DNA of 32,000 nucleotides from Candidatus Electrothrix sp. GW3-4 (GTDB lineage Bacteria; Desulfobacterota; Desulfobulbia; Desulfobulbales; Desulfobulbaceae), in assembly GCF_037902255.1 (NCBI RefSeq), contig NZ_CP147990.1, forward strand, positions 3,090,001 through 3,122,000, read 5' to 3'. The notes under the pieces were generated by a model that had not been told where the DNA came from, searched no databases, and saw only the letters and a program-made list of their open reading frames with translations. Made by a program: the position numbers and the translations under genes. This document shows positions 1-8,700 of the stretch, one piece after another (the first letter of the stretch is position 1; the number at the start of each line of letters is the position of its first letter).

Positions 1-21
1 TGCCCCTACAAGGTGACTCGC

Positions 22-555
22 TTACTTTAACTGCATCGGGATTCCGCAACTTACCAGAAAAACCTGATCTGCAAAAGCAGCAATTACCTGATTGCAGCGT
101 CCCACCAGATCACGGTAGCGCCGAACCTGGGGATTATCCGGGACAATACCCAGTCCAACCTCATTGGTAACCATAAAAATCTGTCCCTGGTGCTGACGAG
201 CAGCAAGGGCCAATTCTTCTACTAAAGCGGTCGTTTGATCTTCACTGATTTCCTGTTCCTTCTGCTCTGCCTCATACATCAGATTGTTGATCCAGAGGGT
301 GAGGCAGTCAATGAGCACGGTGGTCCCGGCAGGGGGGGTGCACTCTAACTCTTCAGCAAGGCGGAGCGGCACCTCAGCGGTCTGCCAGCCCAGACCTTCC
401 CGGTCTTGCTGATGCCTGTGGATGCGCTCGTCCATTTCCGGATCGATACGGGGGCAGGTGGCAATGAAGAGGCGGGGGGCGTCGATCTGCTCGGCCTGTT
501 GCTGGGCAAAGGCGGATTTGCCGGAACGACTGCCACCGGTAATGAGGGTTACCAT
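22..555 (-). CDS. cobU: Bifunctional adenosylcobinamide kinase / adenosylcobinamide-phosphate guanylyltransferase (CobU/CobP)
   Basis: The product aligns by eye along its full length with CobU: P-loop MVTLITGGSRSGKS, then LIDCLTLW and MVTNEVGLGIVP. The ORF is open up to 612, but the ATG at 555 has a GGAGAAGGAGG Shine-Dalgarno about 8 nt upstream and matches the usual CobU N-terminus. Confidence 0.9.
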   Translation of the reverse strand: MVTLITGGSRSGKSAFAQQQAEQIDAPRLFIATCPRIDPEMDERIHRHQQDREGLGWQTAEVPLRLAEELECTPPAGTTVLIDCLTLWINNLMYEAEQKEQEISEDQTTALVEELALAARQHQGQIFMVTNEVGLGIVPDNPQVRRYRDLVGRCNQVIAAFADQVFLVSCGIPMQLK

Positions 556-878
556 ATAAAATTCCTCCTTCTCCATTGTAACTCTGTTGTAACGTTTATA
601 TTTTCGAATCACCCTTAGTATACCAAGACAACTCCAATCGTCAGAAACAACCGGAATAACCCTGGCATTCTACTTGCCCTTTTCTCCTCCTTCAAGCGAA
701 TCCCCTCTGACAGCAAGAAAATATCGCCCATCATCTCAGGGCCATTTGCTGGGGTGGTGATTGAGCTGGCGGAAATTTTTCTGGAAGCCTGAGCAGGGAA
801 GACATTGCGAAAAGAGAGGGGAAACTACTGCCCCTTCAAGACAAGATACCCAAAGGGACAGAGGTAGATAGGCGGGCT

Positions 879-1667
879 TTAATATCGTGGCGGAGGCGGC
901 GCATAGCCGTCATCAGGCCAGAAACGATTGCTCGGCGGTTGCCGAGGATAGGCCGGTGAACAGGAAATGATTTGCTTGCGGCATAAGGTCTCATGCCACT
1001 CATACTTATAAAAATACTTTTCCAGAGCATAGGGCTCAGGACGAAATTTCACTCGCACAGAAGAAGAATACTCCCCTTCCCCATAGCCAGTTCCAGCTGA
1101 AGAATCAGCGGAGTCAGCTGACTTCGACTTGTATTGCCGATTGCTCGGTGCGACCGGAGCAGCCTCCTGTGAATAGAGACGCGGTCGGACTGACGGATGA
1201 CGAACAGGTCGCGGCTTTTCCGCAAAGGCGGCAACTGCAATCACCCCCATTGCAGTTTGATCCCCCCAGGCACTGGCGTAGGAATCACCGGGCTCGGTGA
1301 AATAAAAACGATGAATCTCGTCCCTACCGGTCCGCCAACCTCGATAGACAGCAACACTGTAAGGTCCCAGGATATACATTCTTTCTGTGTTGCGCAGATA
1401 GGATTTTTTCCCGGAAATGATATTACGCCCGTCCACTGTTACCACCAAACCAATCCGTTTATCAGTATGATTCCTGATACGAAGACCGTAGCGGGCGTTA
1501 TGTTCAGCCTGAACATAGGCCCGATATGTACCCGGCGATGCACTGACAGGGTATGCCGGAAAGATATACCCTTGATCGGCAACCACTTCCACGCTGATAT
1601 CCCCAGCTGCCGCTGTGCTCCCGAGCAGGAACATCAGGCTGACCAGTGAGAAAAAGACTATCTTCAC
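879..1667 (-). CDS. Conserved exported protein of unknown function (signal peptide)
   Basis: GTG start with AAGGAGG 8 nt upstream. The N-terminus MKIVFFSLVSLMFLLGSTAAAG looks like a Sec signal peptide. The composition is globular with a Pro/Tyr-rich C-terminus. I recognise no family name. Confidence 0.7.
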   Translation of the reverse strand: MKIVFFSLVSLMFLLGSTAAAGDISVEVVADQGYIFPAYPVSASPGTYRAYVQAEHNARYGLRIRNHTDKRIGLVVTVDGRNIISGKKSYLRNTERMYILGPYSVAVYRGWRTGRDEIHRFYFTEPGDSYASAWGDQTAMGVIAVAAFAEKPRPVRHPSVRPRLYSQEAAPVAPSNRQYKSKSADSADSSAGTGYGEGEYSSSVRVKFRPEPYALEKYFYKYEWHETLCRKQIISCSPAYPRQPPSNRFWPDDGYAPPPPRY

Positions 1668-1688
1668 GGCAATACCTCCTTGTTCGTT

Positions 1689-1732
1689 GAAAAAAAAATT
1701 CAGAAAGGGCCTCTGTGCGAGGCACAGAGGCC
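1689..1732 (-). terminator. Rho-independent terminator downstream of yqgE
   Basis: Perfect 10-bp GC-rich stem GGCCTCTGTG / CACAGAGGCC (1708-1717 and 1723-1732) with a 5-nt loop. On the minus strand it is followed by CTTTCTGAATTTTTTTTT. Confidence 0.7.
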
Positions 1733-1781
1733 GTAACGAGATGGGAAAAAACGTCGGGTACGACGGGATGCAACAGACTAA

Positions 1782-2333
1782 TCAGGCATTGCCGACAATA
1801 TCGCTAAAGATAGAAATATTGATACCGTATCGACGGGCGGCCTGCTTCCACTTGAGTTCATCCGGGGTGTGAAACAGGACATTCATATCACCAGGCACGG
1901 TCAACCAGGAGTTATCCATGAGCTCAGACTCTAACTGACCCGGCCCCCAACCTGCATATCCCAAGAGAAACATGTAATCCTCTGGTCCCTCGCCTTTAGA
2001 AATCTTCTCAAGCAGCTTTGATTCGCGGGAAAGATAAATAGTAGGAGCAATCTTAAGGGAATTGCCAGCCTCGTAATCCGAGCTGTAGAGAATAAAGCCA
2101 GCCTCCATTTCCACCGGGCCACCGTTATAGACTGGTGGCAACGGCCCCTCGGGCAGAGGAATATGGGTACTGAGCAGCACCTCCATCATGGAAATCTCCT
2201 CGTTCGGTCTATTAATGACCACCCCCATTGCACCTTCTTTATTATGTGCACATAGCAAAATGACCTGTTCCTGAAATCTTGGATCAGGCATCTGCGGTGT
2301 TGAAATGAGGAAATGTCCGCTCAAATCTTCCAT
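1782..2333 (-). CDS. yqgE: YqgE/AlgH family protein (UPF0301)
   Basis: Full-length resemblance to E. coli YqgE: HFLISTPQMPDPRF, GAMGVVINRP, GGPVE..GFIL, LGYAGWGPGQLESE and NSWL. Confidence 0.9.
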   Translation of the reverse strand: MEDLSGHFLISTPQMPDPRFQEQVILLCAHNKEGAMGVVINRPNEEISMMEVLLSTHIPLPEGPLPPVYNGGPVEMEAGFILYSSDYEAGNSLKIAPTIYLSRESKLLEKISKGEGPEDYMFLLGYAGWGPGQLESELMDNSWLTVPGDMNVLFHTPDELKWKQAARRYGINISIFSDIVGNA

Positions 2334-2387
2334 TCTTCAGTCTCCTTCACGGTTCTTTATATATCTTCATGTTAGCATTGCTTATGA

Positions 2388-2415
2388 TTGACAGTCAAGA
2401 GGGAACTTGTAAGAT
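2388..2415 (+). promoter_or_regulatory. Candidate sigma70-type promoter for the six-gene cluster
   Basis: TTGACA (2388-2393), a 16-nt spacer, then TAAGAT (2410-2415). It sits about 75 nt upstream of the first ORF at 2490, in the divergent intergenic region shared with yqgE. Confidence 0.35.
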
Positions 2416-2489
2416 AGAAAGAACAAAAAAGAATGCGGAAGCAAAAGAATGGATGTTGAACAATATACGATAAAAAGCAGAGAAGACCT

Positions 2490-2699
2490 ATGGAAAAACG
2501 GCCCGCAGCAGCCCTGTCAACGAACTTGCAGAAGGCTGTACAATGGATTGGTGAAGTCATACAAGAGCATCCTGAAAAGCAGCGTAATCAGGTGGTCAGC
2601 GATGCCCAGCTTCGCTTTGATCTGACTCCGGCGGAAAGCGAATTCCTGAATCATAATTTTAAGGAGATAATTACTGGTACAGAGAAAGGGAACAGATGA
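2490..2699 (+). CDS. Small hypothetical protein (69 aa), first ORF of the cluster
   Basis: ATG ORF with a weak purine-rich upstream region. The composition is charged and helical with no recognisable motif. Its stop lies 47 nt before the next gene. Confidence 0.45.
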   Translation: MEKRPAAALSTNLQKAVQWIGEVIQEHPEKQRNQVVSDAQLRFDLTPAESEFLNHNFKEIITGTEKGNR

Positions 2700-2746
2700 G
2701 CAACCCGTTATTGCATAATCTCTACTCATCATAATTTGGAGAAAAC

Positions 2747-3214
2747 ATGGAACCTGTCACAACTACCATTGTTGCAGCCATTGCCTTGGGTGCATCGCAA
2801 GGATTGAAAGATACAGCAGCCCAGGCAGTGAAGGACTCCTGGGCCGCCTTGAAAAAACTCATTCAGGATCGGTATCAGGACAATGAAGACGTAACCGACG
2901 CCCTTGACTATGTTCGAAAAAAGCCTGAAGCGGAGGCCCGGCAACAGATGCTTGCCAATGCCTTGAAAGATGCCGGAGCAGCCCATGATCAGGAATTGGC
3001 TGAAAGATCGGAAGAGCTGTTGACCGCTGTTGAGAAAAACAGCCCGGAGCTTGCAGCCAGCATCGGCATGGATATCAAGATACTCAAAGCGGCACGTCTG
3101 GATGTCTCGAAGGTACTTGCAGCACAGGGCGGTACTGGCGTAAAAATCGGCACAGCAGAAATTGAAGGTACTGCTTCATTCAGCAATATCGGGGGGAGTT
3201 CCCCAAAGCAATAA
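2747..3214 (+). CDS. Ala/Gly-rich helical adaptor-like protein (155 aa), unknown function
   Basis: GGAG lies 6 nt upstream of the ATG. The N-terminal amphipathic segment is TTIVAAIALGASQGLKDTAAQAVKDSWAALKKL. It is followed by acidic helices (DALDYVRKKPEAEARQQMLANAL...DQELAE..LL) and a Gly/Thr-rich tail. This pattern resembles small proteins or N-terminal modules I have seen beside STAND/WD40/protease conflict loci in cyanobacteria and actinobacteria. Confidence 0.65.
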   Translation: MEPVTTTIVAAIALGASQGLKDTAAQAVKDSWAALKKLIQDRYQDNEDVTDALDYVRKKPEAEARQQMLANALKDAGAAHDQELAERSEELLTAVEKNSPELAASIGMDIKILKAARLDVSKVLAAQGGTGVKIGTAEIEGTASFSNIGGSSPKQ

Positions 3215-3285
3215 GGCCGACGGAATCAACACCTCAATCTGTCGGCCAACATATCGGGGTCAAGATTGAACAATCCCATGCGCCA

Positions 3286-4056
3286 GTGCATATTCATCTT
3301 GCCAACAAAGAAGAAAAGGTCAAGCCTCGGCTTTCTTTTGAACCGGAATTGGTTGAGATTCCGACAAGCCCCTTCCTGATGGGCAGCAAGCCCGCACCGA
3401 ACATCCCGGCCCATGAAACGCCACAGCACCTGATTGAGCTCGCATACTTCTTTGCCTGCCGAACCCCGATCACCAATCGGCAGTACCAAGTCTTTGTCCA
3501 CATGACGGGGCATGAGGCTCCCAAAGGCTGGATATTGCGCAAGCCCCCCACCGGCTTTGAGGAACATCCGGTAACCGGTGTAAGCTGTCGAGACGCAGTC
3601 GCCTTTTGCCTCTGGTTGAGCAAACAGAGCGGGCGGCCTTATCGGCTGCCCACTGAAGCGGAATGGGAAAAAGCAGCTCGTTCTACGGACGGTAGGTTAT
3701 ATCCCTGGGGTAATGCTTGGCTGGAAGGCCGGTGCAACTGCGATTCCGACCAAACCACGCTGGTGACTGCTTTTTCGGAAGGGGCAAGTCAGTATGGCTG
3801 CCTGGATATGCTCGGCAATGTCCGAGAGTGGACGTCCACCATCTGGGGCACGGATCCGGGACAGACGGACTTCCCTTATCCCTTTGCCCTGGACGAGCGA
3901 AATGCATTGCACTTCGGTTCAGATTCGGTCTATCGTATTCATCGTGGCGGCTGTTTCCGCGATCAACAGCAACAACTGCGCTGTGCAGCTCGTGGGTTCT
4001 CGGCGGAAAACAGCAAACTTGCTTGGTGCGGGTTCCGCGTCGTTCTGGAACGGTAA
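3286..4056 (+). CDS. Formylglycine-generating-enzyme (FGE-sulfatase / SUMF1-EgtB-PvdO) fold protein, cytoplasmic, probably not a true FGE
   Basis: Family hallmarks are present: LVEIPTSPFLMGS, HPVTGVSCRDAVAFCLWLS, YRLPTEAEWEKAAR, YPWGN, NVREWT, RIHRGGCF and GFRVV. The start is GTG with no obvious Shine-Dalgarno, and there is no signal peptide. Confidence 0.85.
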   Translation: MHIHLANKEEKVKPRLSFEPELVEIPTSPFLMGSKPAPNIPAHETPQHLIELAYFFACRTPITNRQYQVFVHMTGHEAPKGWILRKPPTGFEEHPVTGVSCRDAVAFCLWLSKQSGRPYRLPTEAEWEKAARSTDGRLYPWGNAWLEGRCNCDSDQTTLVTAFSEGASQYGCLDMLGNVREWTSTIWGTDPGQTDFPYPFALDERNALHFGSDSVYRIHRGGCFRDQQQQLRCAARGFSAENSKLAWCGFRVVLER

Positions 4057-4080
4057 TACATCAAAAAAGGAGATGAAATT

Positions 4081-4695
4081 ATGCAGGCACAAGAGCAGCA
4101 GCAAATCAGTCCGGCAGAATATCTTGCTGGGGAACGGGAGGCTGAGATCCGGCACGAGTACTTTGCCGGTGAAGTCTTTGCTATGGCCGGGGCAAGCCGG
4201 GAACATAATCTAATTGCGACAAATATAGTCCGACTGCTGGGTAATCAGCTGCTGGATAAATCGTGCAGTGTCTTTGCCAGCGACATGAAGGTGAAGGTCA
4301 AAAAGAAGGAAAAGTATTCCTACCCGGATATCGTTGTTGTCTGTGAACAAGAGGAGTATGAGGATGAGCACAACGATGTCCTGCTGAACCCTGTCGTTCT
4401 AATAGAAATTCTTTCCGACAGTACCGAGGCTTATGACCGGGGGGACAAGTTCTCTCATTATCAGGGTATTTCTTCATTTACCGAATACATCCTGGTTTCT
4501 CAGTATACCTTTAAGATGGAGCGGTTCAGCCGTCAGCCAAATAATTCCTGGCTGTATACGATCTATCAAAGTAAAGAAGATATCCTCTCTGTCGAGGCAA
4601 TAAAATGCAGCCTGCCGCTTGCCGAGGTGTATAGAAAGGTGCAGTTCAGTAGGGACGGTTCGCGAACCGTTCGTACTCTTTCAAATAATTTCTGA
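4081..4695 (+). CDS. Uma2 family (DUF820) PD-(D/E)xK endonuclease
   Basis: AGGAG lies upstream of the ATG. Uma2 signature: ISPAEYL..E....HEYFAGEV, YPDIVVVC, NPVVLIEILSDST..YDRGDK...Y...GISSFTEYILVS. Confidence 0.85.
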   Translation: MQAQEQQQISPAEYLAGEREAEIRHEYFAGEVFAMAGASREHNLIATNIVRLLGNQLLDKSCSVFASDMKVKVKKKEKYSYPDIVVVCEQEEYEDEHNDVLLNPVVLIEILSDSTEAYDRGDKFSHYQGISSFTEYILVSQYTFKMERFSRQPNNSWLYTIYQSKEDILSVEAIKCSLPLAEVYRKVQFSRDGSRTVRTLSNNF

Positions 4696-5714
4696 TGCCC
4701 CGTATACAAATCGGCGCAAAACAGGCTGCTCGCCCCAACGACTGGCGGCAGGCGGTTCTGGATCAACTGCGCAGCGGTAAGGTGCTTCCCATTATCAGCA
4801 ACCGGTTTCATGATGATTTGCTACTGGGCGGTCATGATCAATTGGTTCGGGACTATGCCGAGCATTACCGGATACCTCATGAGTCAGGCGGCGATCTCCC
4901 GGCAGCGGCCCAATACAAGACGGTGATGCGGGAGGTTGCCGGGGCCGGGGATTTCATCCGGCGGGAATATCTGGAGTTTGTCAAGAGCAGGCTGATGGAT
5001 CTGGCCGAAGCTGAGGCGAAGAAGAGCAACGACAACAATCTGGCGGGTCTACTGGAAGATGAGGAAAGCCAGTTTGACGAGCATGATTTTTCCACGCTGG
5101 CAGCCAATCTCGGGTACCCCCGCTTTGACGTGCCAGAGAAAGACCCCCTGCTCATCCTAGCCGGGTTTGATCTGCCGGTCTACCTGACCACCTCGTTTCA
5201 CGGGATGCTGGAACAGGCCCTGCGCAGGGCCGGAAAACAACCGCGCTCCATGGTCTGCTGCTGGCATCCGCGAATTACAACAGATGATGGAACGGACAAC
5301 GATCCACTGGCTGCCGACTACCGTCCTTCTGTTCAGGAACCCTTGGTTTGCCATCTCCACGGTCTGGACAGCTGCCCGGAATCGCTGGTGCTCAGCGAGG
5401 ACGACCATCTTTCTTTTCTGGTCAATGTCTCCCGTGACCGCCACCTGATTCCCAATCGCCTGCGTCAGGCCCTGAACGATTCCTCCCTGCTCCTGCTCGG
5501 CTATGATTTGGCAGCCTGGGATTTCCGCACCCTGCTCTATAGCCTGATCAAAAATCGCTCTTATCGTCTCCAGAGTGTGTGCGTGCTCCAGCTTCAGCCC
5601 TCCCAGGAGGAACAGGCCTACCTCAACCGCTATATGGACGAGGTGGACTTCAAGGTCTTTTGGGGAGATACGACTGAATACCTGCAACAGCTGTATGCCG
5701 GGTTGCGGGGGTAA
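4695..5714 (+). CDS. SIR2-like (SIR2_2-type) protein with divergent NAD-pocket motifs
   Basis: The ATG overlaps the Uma2 stop (TGATG at 4693-4697). SIR2_2-like blocks are VYLTTSFHGMLEQAL (compare TTNYD..lE), LVCHLHGLDSCPESLVLSEDDHLSF (compare LHG...lvlT..DY) and SSLLLLGYDLAAWDFRTLL (compare lflGySl.D). The glycine-rich loop is replaced by PIISNRF. Confidence 0.65.
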   Translation: MPRIQIGAKQAARPNDWRQAVLDQLRSGKVLPIISNRFHDDLLLGGHDQLVRDYAEHYRIPHESGGDLPAAAQYKTVMREVAGAGDFIRREYLEFVKSRLMDLAEAEAKKSNDNNLAGLLEDEESQFDEHDFSTLAANLGYPRFDVPEKDPLLILAGFDLPVYLTTSFHGMLEQALRRAGKQPRSMVCCWHPRITTDDGTDNDPLAADYRPSVQEPLVCHLHGLDSCPESLVLSEDDHLSFLVNVSRDRHLIPNRLRQALNDSSLLLLGYDLAAWDFRTLLYSLIKNRSYRLQSVCVLQLQPSQEEQAYLNRYMDEVDFKVFWGDTTEYLQQLYAGLRG

Positions 5715-5734
5715 GGGCACGGCGCGCCGTGCCC
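5715..5734. repeat. Perfect 20-bp GC-rich palindrome GGGCACGGCGCGCCGTGCCC between the SIR2-like and STAND genes
   Basis: Read directly from the sequence. It begins immediately after the SIR2-like TAA (5712-5714) and includes the GTG at 5729. Confidence 0.95.
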
Positions 5735-8700
5735 CTACGAAAAACCAATGCGTTCAGAGAAAATATGATAAACACCGACAACCCCTATATCGGCCCCCGC
5801 TCCTTTACCCGGCAAGAGGCTGACCGTTTTTTCGGGCGCGAGGCAGAGGCTGCCGACCTGCTTTCCCTGGTCATTGCCGAGCGGCTGGTGCTTTTTTATG
5901 CCCAGTCCGGGGCTGGCAAGACCTCGCTCATTAACACCTCCCTGATTCCCGGTTTGGAAGAAAACGGACGGGCGGTGCTGCCGGTGGGTCGGGTGGGCGG
6001 CGAGCTGCCTGTCGATATCGCGGAGGCGGACAATATCTTTGCCTTCAGCCTGATGTCCCAACTTGATCAGGGCGGGACTGACCCGGCTCTGCTTGCCCGG
6101 CTGGAGCTGAGCGCCTTTCTCCGGGATCTGGTCAGCTCGGACGGGCAAACCTATAGGTATGAGCTGCCGGATAAAAACGAGCCGATCCCTGACAACCCCG
6201 AAGACGGACCGATCTGTGTGCTGATCATTGATCAGTTTGAAGAGATTCTGACCGCCCACCCGGATCGTTGGCAGGACAGGGCTGGATTTTTCCGCCAGCT
6301 CAACCGAGCCATGCAGGATGATCCCAGGCTGTCCGTGGTCCTGTCCCTGCGTGAGGATTATGTGGCCGCTTTGGAACCCTATGCGCCACTGCTGACTGAC
6401 CGGATGCGGGCCCGCTTCTACATGGAACGCATGGGACGCGGGGCAGCCCTAGCTGCGGTGAAGAGACCTGCTGAAAAGGCAAGCAGGCCCTTTGCGCCCG
6501 GAGCTGCCGAGACCTTGGTGGATAACCTGAGCCTGATTCGTTCCGCCCGCAGCTCGGAACCACGCCCCGGTCAGTACATCGAGCCGGTCCAGTTGCAGGT
6601 GGTCTGCTTTCAGCTCTGGCGCAATCTACCGTCGGGAGAGGAGATCACCACGGAGCAGGTCAGTAGGATCGGCAATATTGATCATGCCTTGGCGGACTTT
6701 TATGAGCAGGCGATGGCTGAAACCTTGCTGACAAGTGGGGGTTCTGAACTGGAGCTGCGGCAGTGGTTTGAGCGCAGGCTGATCACCGAGGCAGGCACGC
6801 GAGGCACGGTTTTTCAAGGGGAAACTCATTCCGGGGGCATGGAGAATCAGGTAGTGCGCTTGCTGGAAGATCGCTTTCTGGTTCGAGCTGAGAGCCGCTC
6901 CGGCGCGGTTTGGTATGAGCTGGTCCATGACCGTTTTGTGGAGCCGATTCTTCAGGCCAATCAGAAATGGATGGAGACCCAAGGGCCGCTGTTGCGGGAT
7001 GCCTTGGCTTGGCTGGATACCAACAAGACAAACCGGAGTCTGCTCTATACCGGGGAAAAGCTGGCAAAGACCTTGGCGGAGGTGGACGGACAAACAGTGC
7101 CGGACCCAGTGGTTGCTGATTTCCTGCAAGACTGCAAAGGAAGACAGGCTTGGTTGGATGAGAAGGCGGCGGCGAACAGGAGGTTCCGCAGGTGGTTCAA
7201 GGTAGCGGTGGTGGTTGCTGTTGTGGCAGTGCTGACGAGTTTGTGGGCGTGGCAAGCTACAAACAAGGCCAAAATTGCCGAACAGCAGGCATTAACTTCT
7301 CAGGAGAAAACAGAAAAAACATTGAGTCGTCTTCAACAAACCGAGGCACTGAATACAGGCATGGCCCTCAATGCCAAGGCTGAGGCGGCGGAGAACAAGG
7401 GCAGCAGGCTGTATGCGCATCTTTATTCCCTTCATGCCTTGACAAAGTTGTTGCCGAAAAATGAGCCATATTACCAGGAGGCCCTTGTTCGGGCACAGGC
7501 TAATCCAGTGCCGTTGCCTGCGTTTATTGGTCATCATGATGACCGGGTAAACAGCGTTGCCTTTTCCCCGGACGGGCGTTTCTTCGCTGACAGTTATGAC
7601 AAAAATATAGTCATATGGGACACAATAACTGGTGAACGTTTGCATACCTTAGCGGGGCATGCGGATGAAGTGAACAGCGTTGCATTCTCGCCTGATGGTT
7701 TATTGCTTGCGTCCGGTTCAAATGACAAAAGCATTGGCATCTGGGACATACATACCGGTAACCGTCTAAAAGTATTAGAAGGACATACCGACTCGATTGG
7801 TAGTATTTCCTTTTCTCCAGACGGTCGTTTACTTGCTTCATGTTCAAAAGACAAGACGATAGGCATCTGGGATGTGCAAACCGGGAAACGTCTACATACC
7901 TTGGCAGGACAAAGCCAAGTGACCAGAGTAGCCTTTTCTCCAGACGGCAGAACAATTGCTTCCACCTTCTATGATGGAACCATCGGCATCCGGGATGTAC
8001 ATACTGGCAAACGCTTGCAGACCTTAGACGGATATACAAGTGTCCTACTCAGTATTGCTTTTTCTCATGATGGCCGAACTCTTGCCGCTGGTTCTTTCGG
8101 AACGATTGACCTCTGGGATATAACAATCGGCAAACGTTTGCGGACGATTAAGCGTGATGGCACTTGGATGATTACCAGCGTTTCTTTCTCGCCAGATGGT
8201 CGAGCAGTTGCATCAGGCAGTTTTGGCAATATCATAACGGTCTGGGATGTTCAAACGGGCCAGAGCCTGCAAACGCTACAAGGAACAGCATCTGGACGCA
8301 GCATTGCTTTTTCGCCGGACGGCCAGACTCTTGTCTCTTCCGGTTCTTGGAACAATACAGCAGGACTCTGGGAAATAAATCCTGGCAGGCTTCGCGACTT
8401 GAAAGGACACGCTGGGCGCGTGACAAACATATGGTTTTCTCCAGACAGTCGTGCCATTGCTTCTGTGGCAAAAGATAAGACCCTCGGTACCTGGGATGTG
8501 GCAACAGGCCGACGCTTACAGAAAATACCTTTACGGGAAATGACAGGAATGGATTATGTGCTCTTTTCTCCAGATGGCCGCATGTTCGCTGCTGGCTCAT
8601 ATGGCAGCAACAGCATTCGTCTTGGGGAAGTGTCCACAGGAAAATGGTTGAGAAACCTTGAAGGGCACACCAAGGAGATAGATAATTTTGCTTTTTCCTC

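Noticed and set aside
808-837. Weak hairpin (AGGGG-N9-CCCCT followed by CTCTTTTCGC on the minus strand) as terminator of the exported-protein gene
   Set aside because: It has only a 5-bp stem, a 9-nt loop and an interrupted T-tract. This is too weak to report as a feature.
556-878. Possible cobalamin riboswitch in the ~320-nt gap upstream of cobU (minus strand)
   Set aside because: I read the reverse complement looking for the B12 box (GCCACTG-type core), the AGGGAA...GGTGAAAATCC elements and an AGYCMGGAGACCTGCC-like box. I found none. An Rfam RF00174 covariance-model scan would settle it.
2517-2732. 71-aa minus-strand ORF overlapping the 69-aa plus-strand ORF at 2490-2699
   Set aside because: The translation is hydrophobic and aromatic junk-like. 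It lacks a ribosome-binding site and would run head-on into the cluster promoter region. The plus-strand ORF is favoured, though itself only moderately supported.
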